Below, piece by piece: positions 41,274-51,184 of a stretch of 64,000 nucleotides of DNA. A program made the position numbers and the translations under genes. Source of the stretch: Spirochaetia bacterium (GTDB lineage: Bacteria; Spirochaetota; Spirochaetia; SZUA-6; Bin103). The number at the start of each line of letters is the position of its first letter. Position 1 is the stretch's first letter. The stretch is taken from the NCBI GenBank assembly GCA_965203515.1, contig OZ241907.1, positions 1,594,129-1,658,128 of the forward strand, read 5' to 3'. Under the pieces are notes generated by a model that made no database searches, was not told the DNA's origin, and saw only the letters and a program-made list of their open reading frames with translations.

Positions 41274-41996
41274 TCAGTCGGTTGCCGGCAGCAGGGTGCG
41301 GACGCCGTTGCGGTAGACGACCCGCTGCTTGCCGCCGGGGACCGGCAGGGCGCGCAACGCCAGCTCGCCAAAGGTGACCAGCGGCTCGGATGCGAGCAGG
41401 AGCTCGTCGAGGGACTCCGCCGGCGTGCGGCCGGTGGTGTCGAGGTCGACGACCCGGCCCACCTTGCGGAACAGGGAGTGCTCCACTTCCTCGGCGAAGC
41501 GCTCCTTGACGCGGCCGATGTCGGCCTCGCGGATCACCTGGTGCTCGTGCGGGGCGGCGCGCATGCGCCGGCGGATCTCGCCGTCGTCGGCGGTGAGGTG
41601 GAACAGCACCACGTCCGGCAGGCGGCGCTCGAAGATCTGCGCCTCGTAGACCCGCTGCTTGACGTGCCGGTAGCGGCGGTAGTACGGGCTGTCGGGGTCT
41701 GCGCCGTAGATGTCGCAATAGACCGCCTCTTCGATGAACCAACCGCCGAACAGCGGGTTCTGGATGAACTCGATCAACTCGACGTGGAACTGGATCTGCA
41801 TGCGCTGATAGCGCTCCTTCATGTCGTCGGGAGCGTCGAGCAGCAGCTTCCGCGACTCCTCGCCGAGCGTGCGGTCGGGCAGGCTGAAGTGATCGTCATA
41901 GTGCGCGGGCAGGCCGCGCGCCTCGTAATAGCTGCCGAGCAGATCGATCAGGGTCGTCTTGCCGGCGTACTCGATGCCGGTGAAGATGGCGCGCAT
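41274..41996 (-). CDS. P-loop nucleoside/nucleotide kinase-like protein
   Basis: IFTGIEYAGKTT, 'VVLFHLTA..EIRRRM'. Confidence 0.7.
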   Translation of the reverse strand: MRAIFTGIEYAGKTTLIDLLGSYYEARGLPAHYDDHFSLPDRTLGEESRKLLLDAPDDMKERYQRMQIQFHVELIEFIQNPLFGGWFIEEAVYCDIYGADPDSPYYRRYRHVKQRVYEAQIFERRLPDVVLFHLTADDGEIRRRMRAAPHEHQVIREADIGRVKERFAEEVEHSLFRKVGRVVDLDTTGRTPAESLDELLLASEPLVTFGELALRALPVPGGKQRVVYRNGVRTLLPATD

Positions 41997-42038
41997 ATCA
42001 GGTCCTCCTGCGAACTCGATCGTCCGTGTCGTCCGACG

Positions 42039-42428
42039 CTACCGGGCACGCGACGGCTCGGAGTAGAGGACGAGGCCGGTGCGCAGCGCCGTGACGGCCA
42101 CGGGGATGCTTTCCGAGCGAATCTCCGGTTCGGTATAGACGAACAGGTCGACGCCGACGCCGATCTCGCCGAAATAGCCATGAAACGCGGGCGCGCGATC
42201 GATGATGCGCTCCGTGGAATCGCGGACCACGATCAGGACGTCGGCGTCACTCGACGGGACGGCTCGATCGGCGGCCACGGAGCCGAACAGGACGACCTGC
42301 GTTACCTTCTCATGCTCCGTCCCCAGCTTCTGCGCCGCTGCCGCCAGCCGGCGCTTGAGCAGGTCCCGGTCGAGCCAGAATACCGTGACAGAACCGAACG
42401 ATCTTCTGCGCATGACAGATGGCGCCAT
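42039..42428 (-). CDS. Minimal nucleotidyltransferase (MNT antitoxin-like)
   Basis: VLFGSVA....SDADVLIV, VDLFVYTEPE; overlaps the HEPN gene. Confidence 0.88.
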   Translation of the reverse strand: MAPSVMRRRSFGSVTVFWLDRDLLKRRLAAAAQKLGTEHEKVTQVVLFGSVAADRAVPSSDADVLIVVRDSTERIIDRAPAFHGYFGEIGVGVDLFVYTEPEIRSESIPVAVTALRTGLVLYSEPSRAR

Positions 42429-42759
42429 CAGCGTCCTCTTTCGCAAAGTAGTCGGCCGGGCTGCCCGACGCCCAGCCGTTCGGATACCGCGCCGGAATGT
42501 AGTAGCGGTCGAGCTCGACGGCCGATCGATGCAGATCGCCGGGAACCTCGACCCGTTCCTGCAGGGCGCTGAGCAGATCGACGATCGAGTGACCCCAGGC
42601 ATCGCCGCCGAGTTTCCCGAAGGCCGCTTTCACCGCCTTCTCGCTCGACTGTTGCGAGATGAAGCACGCCCACTCATGGAACCCGGCGTCACGCTGAGCT
42701 CGCGCGCTGTCGAGATCGCGGCGCGCCTGGTTGAACCAGTCCGCGCTCCGGTCAGCCAT
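42310..42759 (-). CDS. HEPN domain protein
   Basis: WFNQARRDL, ACFISQQSSEKAVKA, GHS, YIPARYP. Confidence 0.9.
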   Translation of the reverse strand: MADRSADWFNQARRDLDSARAQRDAGFHEWACFISQQSSEKAVKAAFGKLGGDAWGHSIVDLLSALQERVEVPGDLHRSAVELDRYYIPARYPNGWASGSPADYFAKEDADGAICHAQKIVRFCHGILARPGPAQAPAGGSGAEAGDGA

Positions 42760-42770
42760 GGCTCAGCACG

Positions 42771-43736
42771 CTACAGCCAGCGCCGGAACCATTCCACGGC
42801 CCACTCGAAGTACTGCATGGCGAACACGTGGTGGCCGGGCGGCCGGTGGACCAGGAACCGCTCCGGCACGCCGGCCCGGGCGTACGCCCGGCTCACGTAA
42901 TCGACGAACACGTCGACCCCGTCGCCGGGCATGTCCTCGTCGGCCAGCGGCGCGACCATCATGAACGGCCGCGGGGCGATCGTCGCCGCGATCAGCTGCG
43001 GGTGGTCGAAGTAGCGCAACATGTGCGGCACGAAGGCGAACGAGGAGTGACGCCACACCAGACCGTGGTCGATGTTGGCGCGCATCGTTCCCAGGCCGCC
43101 GGCGATCGGCGCGGCCGTCTTCACCCACCGGGCGGCCGCCATGCCCAGCCACGACGTCCAGCCGCCCAGCGACATGCCGGTCAACCCGATGCGGTACGGA
43201 TCGACGCCGTCCAGAGCGCCGAGCACCCACGCGGCGCGCACCGCCTCGTCGGCGACCACCGCCAGCTGCGACCGCCCGAACGGCAGCAGCAGCTTCTGTT
43301 CCTCCTCCCACGCTTCCTGGGTCCCGCGCCGCGCCGAAGCCCCCTTGGGCGTGAAGGTGAGCACCGCGAACCCGCGCCGCGCCATCTCCCGCCCCCACCC
43401 ATACAGCGGCCCGTGGTGCGGGGCCTTGCGGTGGTACAGCGGATGCGCCACGTCCTCGGCCGTGCTGGAGGTGCCGTTCGTGCAGACGACCCCGGGCAGC
43501 GTCCCGGCCGGCTCGGCCGGCAGGATGGCGATGGCGTGAATCGATTCGCCCATGCAGTTGCGGTAGCGCAGCCGGGTCAGCGCCAGACCGTCCTCCACCA
43601 CGGTGCCGGCGGCGGCGAAGTCTACCCGGTCCGGGATCGCGTCCAGGCCGATCAGCTCGCGGAACTTGGCCGGCACCGCCGCCAACGGCAGCGGACACGG
43701 AAACGCCGGCTCGATCCCGGCCATGCGCGACGCCAT
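42771..43736 (-). CDS. Alpha/beta hydrolase (dienelactone hydrolase-like)
   Basis: ARRGFAVL, IGLTGMSLGG, IAPRP, GHH. Confidence 0.85.
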   Translation of the reverse strand: MASRMAGIEPAFPCPLPLAAVPAKFRELIGLDAIPDRVDFAAAGTVVEDGLALTRLRYRNCMGESIHAIAILPAEPAGTLPGVVCTNGTSSTAEDVAHPLYHRKAPHHGPLYGWGREMARRGFAVLTFTPKGASARRGTQEAWEEEQKLLLPFGRSQLAVVADEAVRAAWVLGALDGVDPYRIGLTGMSLGGWTSWLGMAAARWVKTAAPIAGGLGTMRANIDHGLVWRHSSFAFVPHMLRYFDHPQLIAATIAPRPFMMVAPLADEDMPGDGVDVFVDYVSRAYARAGVPERFLVHRPPGHHVFAMQYFEWAVEWFRRWL

Positions 43737-43841
43737 CCCCCGCAGTATACCCGCACGACGCCGCGGATCACGGCGGCGCAGGGAGCAGGTCGGCCGGCTC
43801 GCACGCTCAAGTCGCTGCCGAAGTCTGCCGTATACGGAGAT

Positions 43842-44027
43842 ATGCAGATGAGCGCTCGCCGAGAGGATGCGACGGCGCGGTGGCGGAAACGCGTAGCGGC
43901 CATCGTGACGGCGTTCGTGGTGGCACTGGCCCTGGCGCTTGGCGCCATGTCCTTGCAATCCGGTGAACCGATCACCGGGGGCGCGGCGGGGACCGTGACC
44001 ACGACGGACCGGCCGGCCGGCGGCTGA
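43842..44027 (+). CDS. Small single-pass membrane protein (61 aa)
   Basis: RBS GGAGA, basic N-region, TM segment VAAIVTAFVVALALALGAM; fills an intergenic gap. Confidence 0.55.
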   Translation: MQMSARREDATARWRKRVAAIVTAFVVALALALGAMSLQSGEPITGGAAGTVTTTDRPAGG

Positions 44028-44101
44028 CGCGCGCGCAGACCGCTCCGTAGCCCACCGCGCGTGCTGCGCCGCGCGCCGCGATGTGGCACGCTTGCGCGTC
44101 G

Positions 44102-45022
44102 ATGGACCGCGCAGCGCTGCCGGCACGCTTGGCCGGCCCGATCGCCTACCCGCCCACCCCGTTCACTGACGACCGTCCCGGCGCGCCGGTCGACCTCGAC
44201 AGCTTCCGCCGCCTGATACGCCGCCTGCTACAGCACGGCGTGCCGGCCATCACCCCGTGCGGCGGGACCGGCGAGTGCTTCTCGCTGTCGATGGACGAGT
44301 GGCGCGCCGTGACCGAGGCGGCCGTGCAGGAGGCGGACGGCCGCGCCCTGGTGCTGGCCTCCGTGAGCGGGTCGATCGGCCGCGCGACCGCCCAGGCGCG
44401 CGCCGCGCAGCGGCTCGGCTGCCCGGCGGCGCAGATCACCATGGTCGACCCGATGTTCGGCATGACCGACGCCGGCGCCGAGCGCTACAGCCGCGCGGTC
44501 GCCGAGTCGGCCGACATCGGCTTCATGCTGTACCGGACGCAGGCCGCGCCCCTGAGCGTGCAGGCCGCCTGCCGGCTGGCCGAGACCGGCAACGTCTTCG
44601 CCGTGAAAGAGGAATCGGGCGACCTGCAGTGGTTCCGCGCGTTCATGGCCGCGCAGCGCAGGGCGTCCCCGGACCGCCGCATGGTGGGCGTCTGCGGCGG
44701 CGAGGGGCTGTTCCCGTACTACGCGATGGAGGGGGCGGCCGCCTTCTCGACCGGGGCCGTCAACCTGGCGCCGGCGCTGTCGATGGAGCTGTGGCAGGCG
44801 GCCGGCGCCGGCGACCGCGACCGCAGCGGCGCGATCCGGGAGCAGCTCGCGCCGCTCGCCGCGCTGCGCGCCAAGCCGGGGCGGTCGATCCCGGCGATCA
44901 AGGAGGGGCTGCGCCTGCTCGGCGTCTTCTCGTCCGGCGCGTGCCGCCCGCCGCTGGCCGAGCTGTCCGGCGAGGAGCGCGCGCAGGTGGAAGCGATGCT
45001 CGGCGCGTGGAAGGTACGGTGA
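44102..45022 (+). CDS. Dihydrodipicolinate synthase family lyase (KdgD-like)
   Basis: TPF, GGTGE, MLY, AVKEESGD. Confidence 0.88.
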   Translation: MDRAALPARLAGPIAYPPTPFTDDRPGAPVDLDSFRRLIRRLLQHGVPAITPCGGTGECFSLSMDEWRAVTEAAVQEADGRALVLASVSGSIGRATAQARAAQRLGCPAAQITMVDPMFGMTDAGAERYSRAVAESADIGFMLYRTQAAPLSVQAACRLAETGNVFAVKEESGDLQWFRAFMAAQRRASPDRRMVGVCGGEGLFPYYAMEGAAAFSTGAVNLAPALSMELWQAAGAGDRDRSGAIREQLAPLAALRAKPGRSIPAIKEGLRLLGVFSSGACRPPLAELSGEERAQVEAMLGAWKVR

Positions 45023-45038
45023 CCGGCCGCGCCGCCTG

Positions 45039-46055
45039 ATGGCATCCCCGCATCGCCGCTTCGCGACCGCGATCGCGCTCCTGTTGGCGGTCACCCTCGC
45101 CGGCACGCTCGGCTTCGCCCTGATCGAGGGGTGGCCGCTCAACGACAGCCTGTTCATGGCGGTGATCACCATCTCCACGGTCGGCTACGGCGAGGTGCGG
45201 GAGCTCTCCCCGGGCGGGCGGTTGTTCACCGCCGGCTTGATCGTGGTCGCCATCATGGTGATCTGGTACTCGGCCACGTCGCTGGTCGCCTATCTGTTCG
45301 AAGGAGCTTTTCTGCCGGTATGGAGGAGGAGACGCATGGAACGAACGATCGGCCGGCTCACCGGGCACTACATCGTGTGCGGCGCCGGCAAGTTCGGGCG
45401 CGAGGTCGCCGCCGAGCTCACCGGAGAGCACGTGCCGTTCGTGATGATCGACAAGGACCCCGAGGGTTGCGACTGCGCGGGCGACGAATCGCTGCTGTTC
45501 GTGCCGGGCAACGCCGAGGAGGATGAGACGTTGCTGGCCGCAGGCGTGCAGCGCGCCACCGGGCTGGTCTCCGTGCTGCCCAGCGACGACGCCAACGTGT
45601 TCGTGGTGCTGTCCGCCCGGCAGCTCAATCCCGACATGAAGATCGTCACGCAGGCGACCGAGCAGCAGACCGTCCGCAAGCTTCAGAAAGTCGGCGCCGA
45701 CAGCGTGGTGTCCCCGTACCGCAGCACCGGCAACCGCCTGGTCGCATCCCTGCTGCGCCCGTCGCTGACCCGGTTCCTGGACGAGATGATGGATCGGGAC
45801 GACCCCGCCCTGCAGATCGACGAGGTGACCGTACCCGCCCACTCGCCGCTGGCCGGCGCCCGGCTGCCCGACGCGCAGGCGGGCGACCGCACCGGCGCCG
45901 TCGTGGTCGCCATCACCGGCCCGGACGGCATCCGGCTCGACGCGGACGGCACCAACGCGATCGCCGGCATCACGGTGCGTCCGGGCGACGCGCTGGTGGC
46001 GGTCGGCACCGCCGCGCAGCTCACCCGGCTGCGCGCGTCGGTTACCGGAGGCTGA
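45039..46055 (+). CDS. Potassium channel with TrkA-N/TrkA-C domains
   Basis: TISTVGYG selectivity filter, IVCGAGKFG. Confidence 0.93.
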   Translation: MASPHRRFATAIALLLAVTLAGTLGFALIEGWPLNDSLFMAVITISTVGYGEVRELSPGGRLFTAGLIVVAIMVIWYSATSLVAYLFEGAFLPVWRRRRMERTIGRLTGHYIVCGAGKFGREVAAELTGEHVPFVMIDKDPEGCDCAGDESLLFVPGNAEEDETLLAAGVQRATGLVSVLPSDDANVFVVLSARQLNPDMKIVTQATEQQTVRKLQKVGADSVVSPYRSTGNRLVASLLRPSLTRFLDEMMDRDDPALQIDEVTVPAHSPLAGARLPDAQAGDRTGAVVVAITGPDGIRLDADGTNAIAGITVRPGDALVAVGTAAQLTRLRASVTGG

Positions 46056-46082
46056 CCGGCGGCCGGCGGCCGGCCGGAGCGC

Positions 46083-46116
46083 TCAGTCCAGACCGAGCAT
46101 CAGTCCAGACCGAGCA
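46083..46116. repeat. 17-bp direct duplication of the amidohydrolase 3' end
   Basis: tcagtccagaccgagca x2. Confidence 0.8.
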
Positions 46117-47260
46117 GCTCGCGCGCGTTGCCGCCGAACACCGCCTCGCGCAGCTCCTTGGGGAACTGTCCGGCCGTGGGCGTCGGCTCGTCCCAGTCCC
46201 AGTGCGGGAAGTCGCTCGCGTAGACCAGCACCTCCCCGGCGTGCATCCACCGCAGGAACGCCGCGGCGTTCTGCTTGCCGGCCGGCAGTTGCAGCGGCTG
46301 GGTGCCGACGCGGATATGCTCGCGGAAGTACTCGCTGGGCAGACGCTTCACCCACGGGGTGTACTCGCGCACCGCCTTCCAGTCGGCGTCGAAGTGCCAC
46401 AGCAGCCCGGGGATCCACCACGTATCGACCTCCACGAACAGCCATCGCAGGGCGGGATAGCGCTCGAACACCCCTTCGCAGATCAGGCTGGCCGAGTGCG
46501 CCTGCGCGATCTGCGGCCGCGCCATGCGCATCTCCAGGTAATAGGAGGGGAACCCCGCCGCGGTCGGCGCGTTGGTCGGCCCCTGCCCCTCGCCCCCGAA
46601 GTGGGTCACGATCGGCAGCCCCTGATCGGCGGCGGCAGCGTGGATGCGGTCGTAGAACCGGTTGCCGAACGGCGAACGCGCGCCGGCCGGCATCATCACC
46701 GCGGCCGCCGCCGGGTGCGGTCCGATCCGCTCGATCTCCGCCGCCGCCTCCTCCGGGGCGTGCACCGGTACGGCGATCGTCATGAGCAGCCGCGGGTCCT
46801 TGGCGACCCAGTGCTCCAGGGTGTAGTCGTTGAACGCTCGGCACAGCGCCGCGGCGTAGTCGAGGTCGGGCAGCCCCGCCGCCGAGTAGACGGACGAGCC
46901 GGTCAGCAGCGCGGCGTCGAACCCATATGGATCGAGGTGGTGCTCGACCGTGAACTCCGCCAGATCCGTATCGGGCTCGATCGGATGGTCGACCCGATAG
47001 GCAAGGCCGCCGCCGCTGTTGCGCACGTTCGTGTACGGATACTTGGGCAGCATCGGCCCGAAGTCCCTGATGCTCTCTACGTAGCGCCGCGGCAGATAGG
47101 GAAAGATGTCCTCGACCTGCCGCCACTGGTGGTGGCAGTCGCAGTCGACCAGGTACGGGGCGACCTTGCGCTTGCGCGCCGGTTCGGCCGACGACGCCGG
47201 CTCGACCGACGGCACAGGTTCGGCCGCCGGCGCGGCGGCAACGGTCGCGCTCGGTGTCAT
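46100..47260 (-). CDS. Amidohydrolase_2 family protein
   Basis: VDCDCH, AFND, LICEGVFERYP, ASDFPHWD, NAREL. Confidence 0.92.
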   Translation of the reverse strand: MTPSATVAAAPAAEPVPSVEPASSAEPARKRKVAPYLVDCDCHHQWRQVEDIFPYLPRRYVESIRDFGPMLPKYPYTNVRNSGGGLAYRVDHPIEPDTDLAEFTVEHHLDPYGFDAALLTGSSVYSAAGLPDLDYAAALCRAFNDYTLEHWVAKDPRLLMTIAVPVHAPEEAAAEIERIGPHPAAAAVMMPAGARSPFGNRFYDRIHAAAADQGLPIVTHFGGEGQGPTNAPTAAGFPSYYLEMRMARPQIAQAHSASLICEGVFERYPALRWLFVEVDTWWIPGLLWHFDADWKAVREYTPWVKRLPSEYFREHIRVGTQPLQLPAGKQNAAAFLRWMHAGEVLVYASDFPHWDWDEPTPTAGQFPKELREAVFGGNARELLGLD

Positions 47261-47694
47261 CGCCGTGAACCTCCCTCGTGTTCCTCGTGCACGTGCAGTA
47301 TGACCTGATCGCCGCGCACGCTCACGCGGTAGGTCTTCGCACACAGACGCGGCTCGTGCAACGCGCACCCGGTCTTCAGGTCGAACTCCCACTGGTGCGT
47401 GGGGCAGTGCAGGATTTCGCCTTCCCGTTCGTAGCGGAACCGGCCGGGCGCCGCGGCGGTGACCAGCGGCCCGACGAAGCCGCGCGTCAGCGCGCCGCCG
47501 CGATGCGGGCAGAGGTTGCGGAGCGCGATCAGCTCGCCCGCGACGTTGAACACGCAGACCGCGTGCCGGCCGCCTGTATCGACCTCGCGCCGCTCGCCCG
47601 GCGGCAGATCGCGGAGCTTGCAGACCGCTATCTCGCCGGGCTTCGTATCTTCGGCTACGTCCTCACATGCGGAGATTGGCGCTGACGACCGCAC
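47257..47694 (-). CDS. Rieske (2Fe-2S) ferredoxin
   Basis: CPHRG..CPTHQWEFD. Start unclear: the codon after the RBS-like GAGGA is GTA. Confidence 0.85.
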   Translation of the reverse strand: MRSSAPISACEDVAEDTKPGEIAVCKLRDLPPGERREVDTGGRHAVCVFNVAGELIALRNLCPHRGGALTRGFVGPLVTAAAPGRFRYEREGEILHCPTHQWEFDLKTGCALHEPRLCAKTYRVSVRGDQVILHVHEEHEGGSRR

Positions 47695-49141
47695 GATGCG
47701 TGGTCGCCGAGGCGATGTTGGCCCTTTCGTGCTGCGCCTCCAGGTTCAGGTCGAGATCGTCCGTGAGCGCCAGACGGCTGCCCCATCGGTAGCTCGATGC
47801 GCCACCGTCGCCCAGCGTAACGGCGCCGTAGGGGGTCAGCAACCCCGGAACGCCGTCGACCTGCAGGCCGCTGTAGCCCATTTCCGCGTTCAGCCGCCCA
47901 CCGTCGTGCGCGACCAGCGCCGCCGCCGGCGGCGCCGACGCGATCGTCTCGTCCACCGCGCCGTAGCTTGGGGATACGTTCAGGAACGGCCCGTAACCGT
48001 CCCGATCGGAGGAGATGCGCACCAGTGCGCCGGCGCCCCATTCCTGCGAGGAGTCGTCCAGCGGCACCAACGCGCGCCCGCGCGCCTCCAGCGTCACGCC
48101 CACCGCATGATCGTCGTAGCGCAGGCTGCCGCCGATCTCCACGCCGGCGCCGCTGGCCGCCTCGCCGCCATCGTAGCGGACGCCCGTTTCCAGCGTCGGC
48201 GTTATGGAGACGCTGTCGTTGACCGGCAGCAGGTAGGTCCCCTGCAGCAGGACTCGACCGCGCCACGTATTCATGTGCAGGTTCGGCATCGAGCCGCGCG
48301 TCCGCGTCACCTGGAACTCGTTCAGGCTCCCTTCCCCCTTGACCGCCAGGCCCAGGCGGGAGGCGGGATCGTATCCGGGGCCGTCGACCACGGTGACGTG
48401 CCAGCCCAACGCGCCGCTCAGCAGCGTGGCGTCCCCGGCGTTCGGGGCTTCGCCGACCGACAGGCGTCCGTCGCGGATGGTCGCTTCTCCCCGCCCGTAC
48501 GTGGCGGTCGCCCACCACCATATGCCGGGGGACAGCACCCAACTGAAGTACGGCGAACCGGTGACCATGAGCACGTCGAGCAGGCCAGCCTCGCCGTCTG
48601 CCTCATAGGTGGTGTTCGTCATCGAGACCCCCGCCGATATGCCGGCCAGCATCTCCCGGATCGGCCGGATGTCGAATCCCAGATGACCGCTGATCGAATC
48701 ACCTTCCCAGGCGACGCGGGCATCCGCGCCGCTGCCCAGGCGGCGGTAGTCTCCGCCCCCCGTGAAGCCGAAGCCCCAGAGCGTGCCGTGCGCGCCGTTG
48801 ACCTCGATCTCGCCCTCGGCCGGCGGCGCTACGCCGTGGCTGGAGATCGGCCGACTGGTCAGCTTCGGCAGGCCGTAGCGCACCACGCCCGCCTCTTCCA
48901 GCCGCTCCATCGTCGCCTGCATGGAGCCCACGGTCTCCGCCCGTGCGGTCACCGCACCCACGATTCCCCAGGTGATCGACTGCGCAACCTTGGGTGCGAT
49001 CGCCTTGCCGGCGAGCGTGTACCGGTCGTTGGGGTCGATGTTCTGGGCGCCGACCCCCGCCGCTGCCAGCATCAGCAGCGCCGCCGAGATCGGCAGCAGC
49101 GCCCGCCGCGCGCGATGTCCTTGCGTATCGTCACGTCTCAT
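47663..49141 (-). CDS. Autotransporter-like beta-barrel protein with little or no passenger
   Basis: Signal peptide (AGVGA-Q), helical linker, amphipathic beta strands, 'TPTLETGVRYDGG..GAGVEIGG', 'RLNAEMGY', 'LTPYG', C-terminal ANLRM. Confidence 0.8.
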   Translation of the reverse strand: MRRDDTQGHRARRALLPISAALLMLAAAGVGAQNIDPNDRYTLAGKAIAPKVAQSITWGIVGAVTARAETVGSMQATMERLEEAGVVRYGLPKLTSRPISSHGVAPPAEGEIEVNGAHGTLWGFGFTGGGDYRRLGSGADARVAWEGDSISGHLGFDIRPIREMLAGISAGVSMTNTTYEADGEAGLLDVLMVTGSPYFSWVLSPGIWWWATATYGRGEATIRDGRLSVGEAPNAGDATLLSGALGWHVTVVDGPGYDPASRLGLAVKGEGSLNEFQVTRTRGSMPNLHMNTWRGRVLLQGTYLLPVNDSVSITPTLETGVRYDGGEAASGAGVEIGGSLRYDDHAVGVTLEARGRALVPLDDSSQEWGAGALVRISSDRDGYGPFLNVSPSYGAVDETIASAPPAAALVAHDGGRLNAEMGYSGLQVDGVPGLLTPYGAVTLGDGGASSYRWGSRLALTDDLDLNLEAQHERANIASATTHRAVVSANLRM

Positions 49142-49308
49142 CGATATGCCCCCTTCCGGTGCCGAAGGTCTGCTAGCCATGCCGTGATTGTCGGCAGCCG
49201 CGGTCCGGCTGTTTACCGGGCATGGCGCGGAACGGGCACTGCGCGCCGTGCCGGAGCGCGCTCCACCGGCCGCAAAACGGCGCCGCCGGCGGCGCGATCG
49301 GCGTCAGC

Positions 49309-50274
49309 TCAGGGGATCAGGAGCAGCTTGCCGCTGGTGGCGCGGGACTGGATGTCGCGGTGCGCCCGGGCGGCGTCGCGCAGCGGATACCGCTTGTGGA
49401 TGCGCACGTCCAGCTCGCCCGCCGCCATCCAGCCGAACAGGTCGCCGGCGCGCGCCTGCAGCTCGCCTTCATCCCGGATGTAGTGGGCGAGCGTGGGCCG
49501 CGTAAGGAACAGCGACCCCTCGTTCAGCAGGCGCGGGTCGAACGAAGTCACCGGGCCGCTGGAGTTGCCGTACAGCGCCAGACAGCCGCGCGGCGCCAGG
49601 CAGGCCAGGCTCTGCCGGTAGGTGGCCGCCGCCACCGAGTCGTAGGCGACCTGCACGCCGCGGCCGCCGGTCAGCCGCATCACCTCGTCCTCGAAGTCGA
49701 CCCGGTCGTAGCGGATCACCTCGTCGCAGCCGGCTTTGCGGGCCAGCTCCGCCTTGGCGTCGGTCGACACGCAGCCGATCACGCGGGCGCCGCGGCGCCG
49801 GGCGATCTGCGCCAGCAGGAGCCCCACGCCGCCGGCGGCGGCCAGCACCAGACAGGTCGACGCCGACGACAGCGGATAGGTGGAGCAGGCCAGGTAATGG
49901 GCGGTCAGCCCCTGCAGGAACGCCGCGCCGGCCAGCTCGGTGTCGATCCCGTCGGGGATCGGCGCCGCCTTGTCGGCCGGCACCAGCGCCTGCTCGGCGT
50001 AGGCGCCGGGAGTCATGGCGTAGACCACCCGATCCCCGACCGCCAACCGGTCGACCCCGTCGCCGACCGCGTCGACCACGCCGGCGCCCTCCACGCCCGG
50101 CGTGAACGGCATCTCCATCGGGTAGAGGCCGCTGCGGTGATAGGTGTCGATGTAGTTGACGCCCGCCGCCTCGATCCGCACCCGTACCTGGCCGGCGGCC
50201 GGCTCGCCCAGGTCGGCGTCCCGACAGACGAGCACCTCCGGCCCGCCGCTCTGCTCGATCACGATCGCTTTCAT
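49309..50274 (-). CDS. qor: NADPH:quinone oxidoreductase
   Basis: GGPEVL, GVNYID, AAAGGVG, SLFLTRP, GKLLL. Confidence 0.93.
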   Translation of the reverse strand: MKAIVIEQSGGPEVLVCRDADLGEPAAGQVRVRIEAAGVNYIDTYHRSGLYPMEMPFTPGVEGAGVVDAVGDGVDRLAVGDRVVYAMTPGAYAEQALVPADKAAPIPDGIDTELAGAAFLQGLTAHYLACSTYPLSSASTCLVLAAAGGVGLLLAQIARRRGARVIGCVSTDAKAELARKAGCDEVIRYDRVDFEDEVMRLTGGRGVQVAYDSVAAATYRQSLACLAPRGCLALYGNSSGPVTSFDPRLLNEGSLFLTRPTLAHYIRDEGELQARAGDLFGWMAAGELDVRIHKRYPLRDAARAHRDIQSRATSGKLLLIP

Positions 50275-50283
50275 GGCGCGATT

Positions 50284-51168
50284 CTATCGCGCGGCGCCGA
50301 ACGACAGATCGATGCCGGTGTAGCCGTCCACGTAGCGCTTGTGGCGCTCGGGCAGCGCCTCCACGAACGCGCGCGCCGGCGCCGGCAGCTCCCACGGCGC
50401 GTCGATCACGTCGCTCTGCTTGCGGAAGCCGACGCCGCAGGAGAGCCGCGTGCGCTCCTCCCGATTGGGGAACGCGCCGTGGAAGGTGCGGTCGGCGAAC
50501 AGGATGCAGTCGCCCGGATCGGTGAACAGCGGCACCAGGCCGGGGATGTCGAAGCCGTCGTAGCGTTCCTCGTCGGCCGTGCCTTCCGGAACGAACGAAT
50601 ACCGGTCGGCGGTGAGCCGGAACCCCTCGGGGCCGGTCCAGTCGGCGCGGTTGGAGTCCTCGATCACGCACAGGCCGCCGTGCGTGGGGCGCGAACCGGT
50701 GAGGTAGAACCAGATGCCCGACGGCCAGGAGCCGCGGTTGAGGACCTCGCCCGCGTTGCGCGGCGCATCGTCGGTCTGCCCGCGCCAGTCGGTATGCCAC
50801 CCCACCGGCGCCGAACCGGGGCGGCGGATGATCGCCGCCGAGCGGTTGATGCAGATCGCGCCGGTGCCGAGCAGCGCGCGCGGCAGGTCCATGAAGCGCT
50901 GATGGTCGAGCAACTGCCACGCCTCCGTCGCCTCGTCGAACCAGGCGTGACGGGTGCGGCTTTCGCCCGGTCCGAGCGCGCGGTCGGGGTCCGTCACCCG
51001 CCAGACTTCGCTGCGCAGCACCTCGACCATGGCGGGGGACAACACCTCCTTGGCGACGCAGAACCCGTGCTCGGCGGTGCAGGCGACGATGCGGTCCAGC
51101 CGCTCGGCGTCGAACTCGTAATCGTAGCCCAGCCTGGGCTTGCGGATATCGGCAGCCTCGGTCGTCAT
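50284..51168 (-). CDS. PhyH family dioxygenase
   Basis: WHTD, WFYL, PGDCILF..TFHG. Confidence 0.88.
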   Translation of the reverse strand: MTTEAADIRKPRLGYDYEFDAERLDRIVACTAEHGFCVAKEVLSPAMVEVLRSEVWRVTDPDRALGPGESRTRHAWFDEATEAWQLLDHQRFMDLPRALLGTGAICINRSAAIIRRPGSAPVGWHTDWRGQTDDAPRNAGEVLNRGSWPSGIWFYLTGSRPTHGGLCVIEDSNRADWTGPEGFRLTADRYSFVPEGTADEERYDGFDIPGLVPLFTDPGDCILFADRTFHGAFPNREERTRLSCGVGFRKQSDVIDAPWELPAPARAFVEALPERHKRYVDGYTGIDLSFGAAR

Positions 51169-51184
51169 CGGTCCATCATAGAGC

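Noticed and set aside
42039-42759. HEPN-MNT pair as a novel system
   Set aside because: A well-known, widespread two-gene module; only the long gene overlap is slightly unusual.
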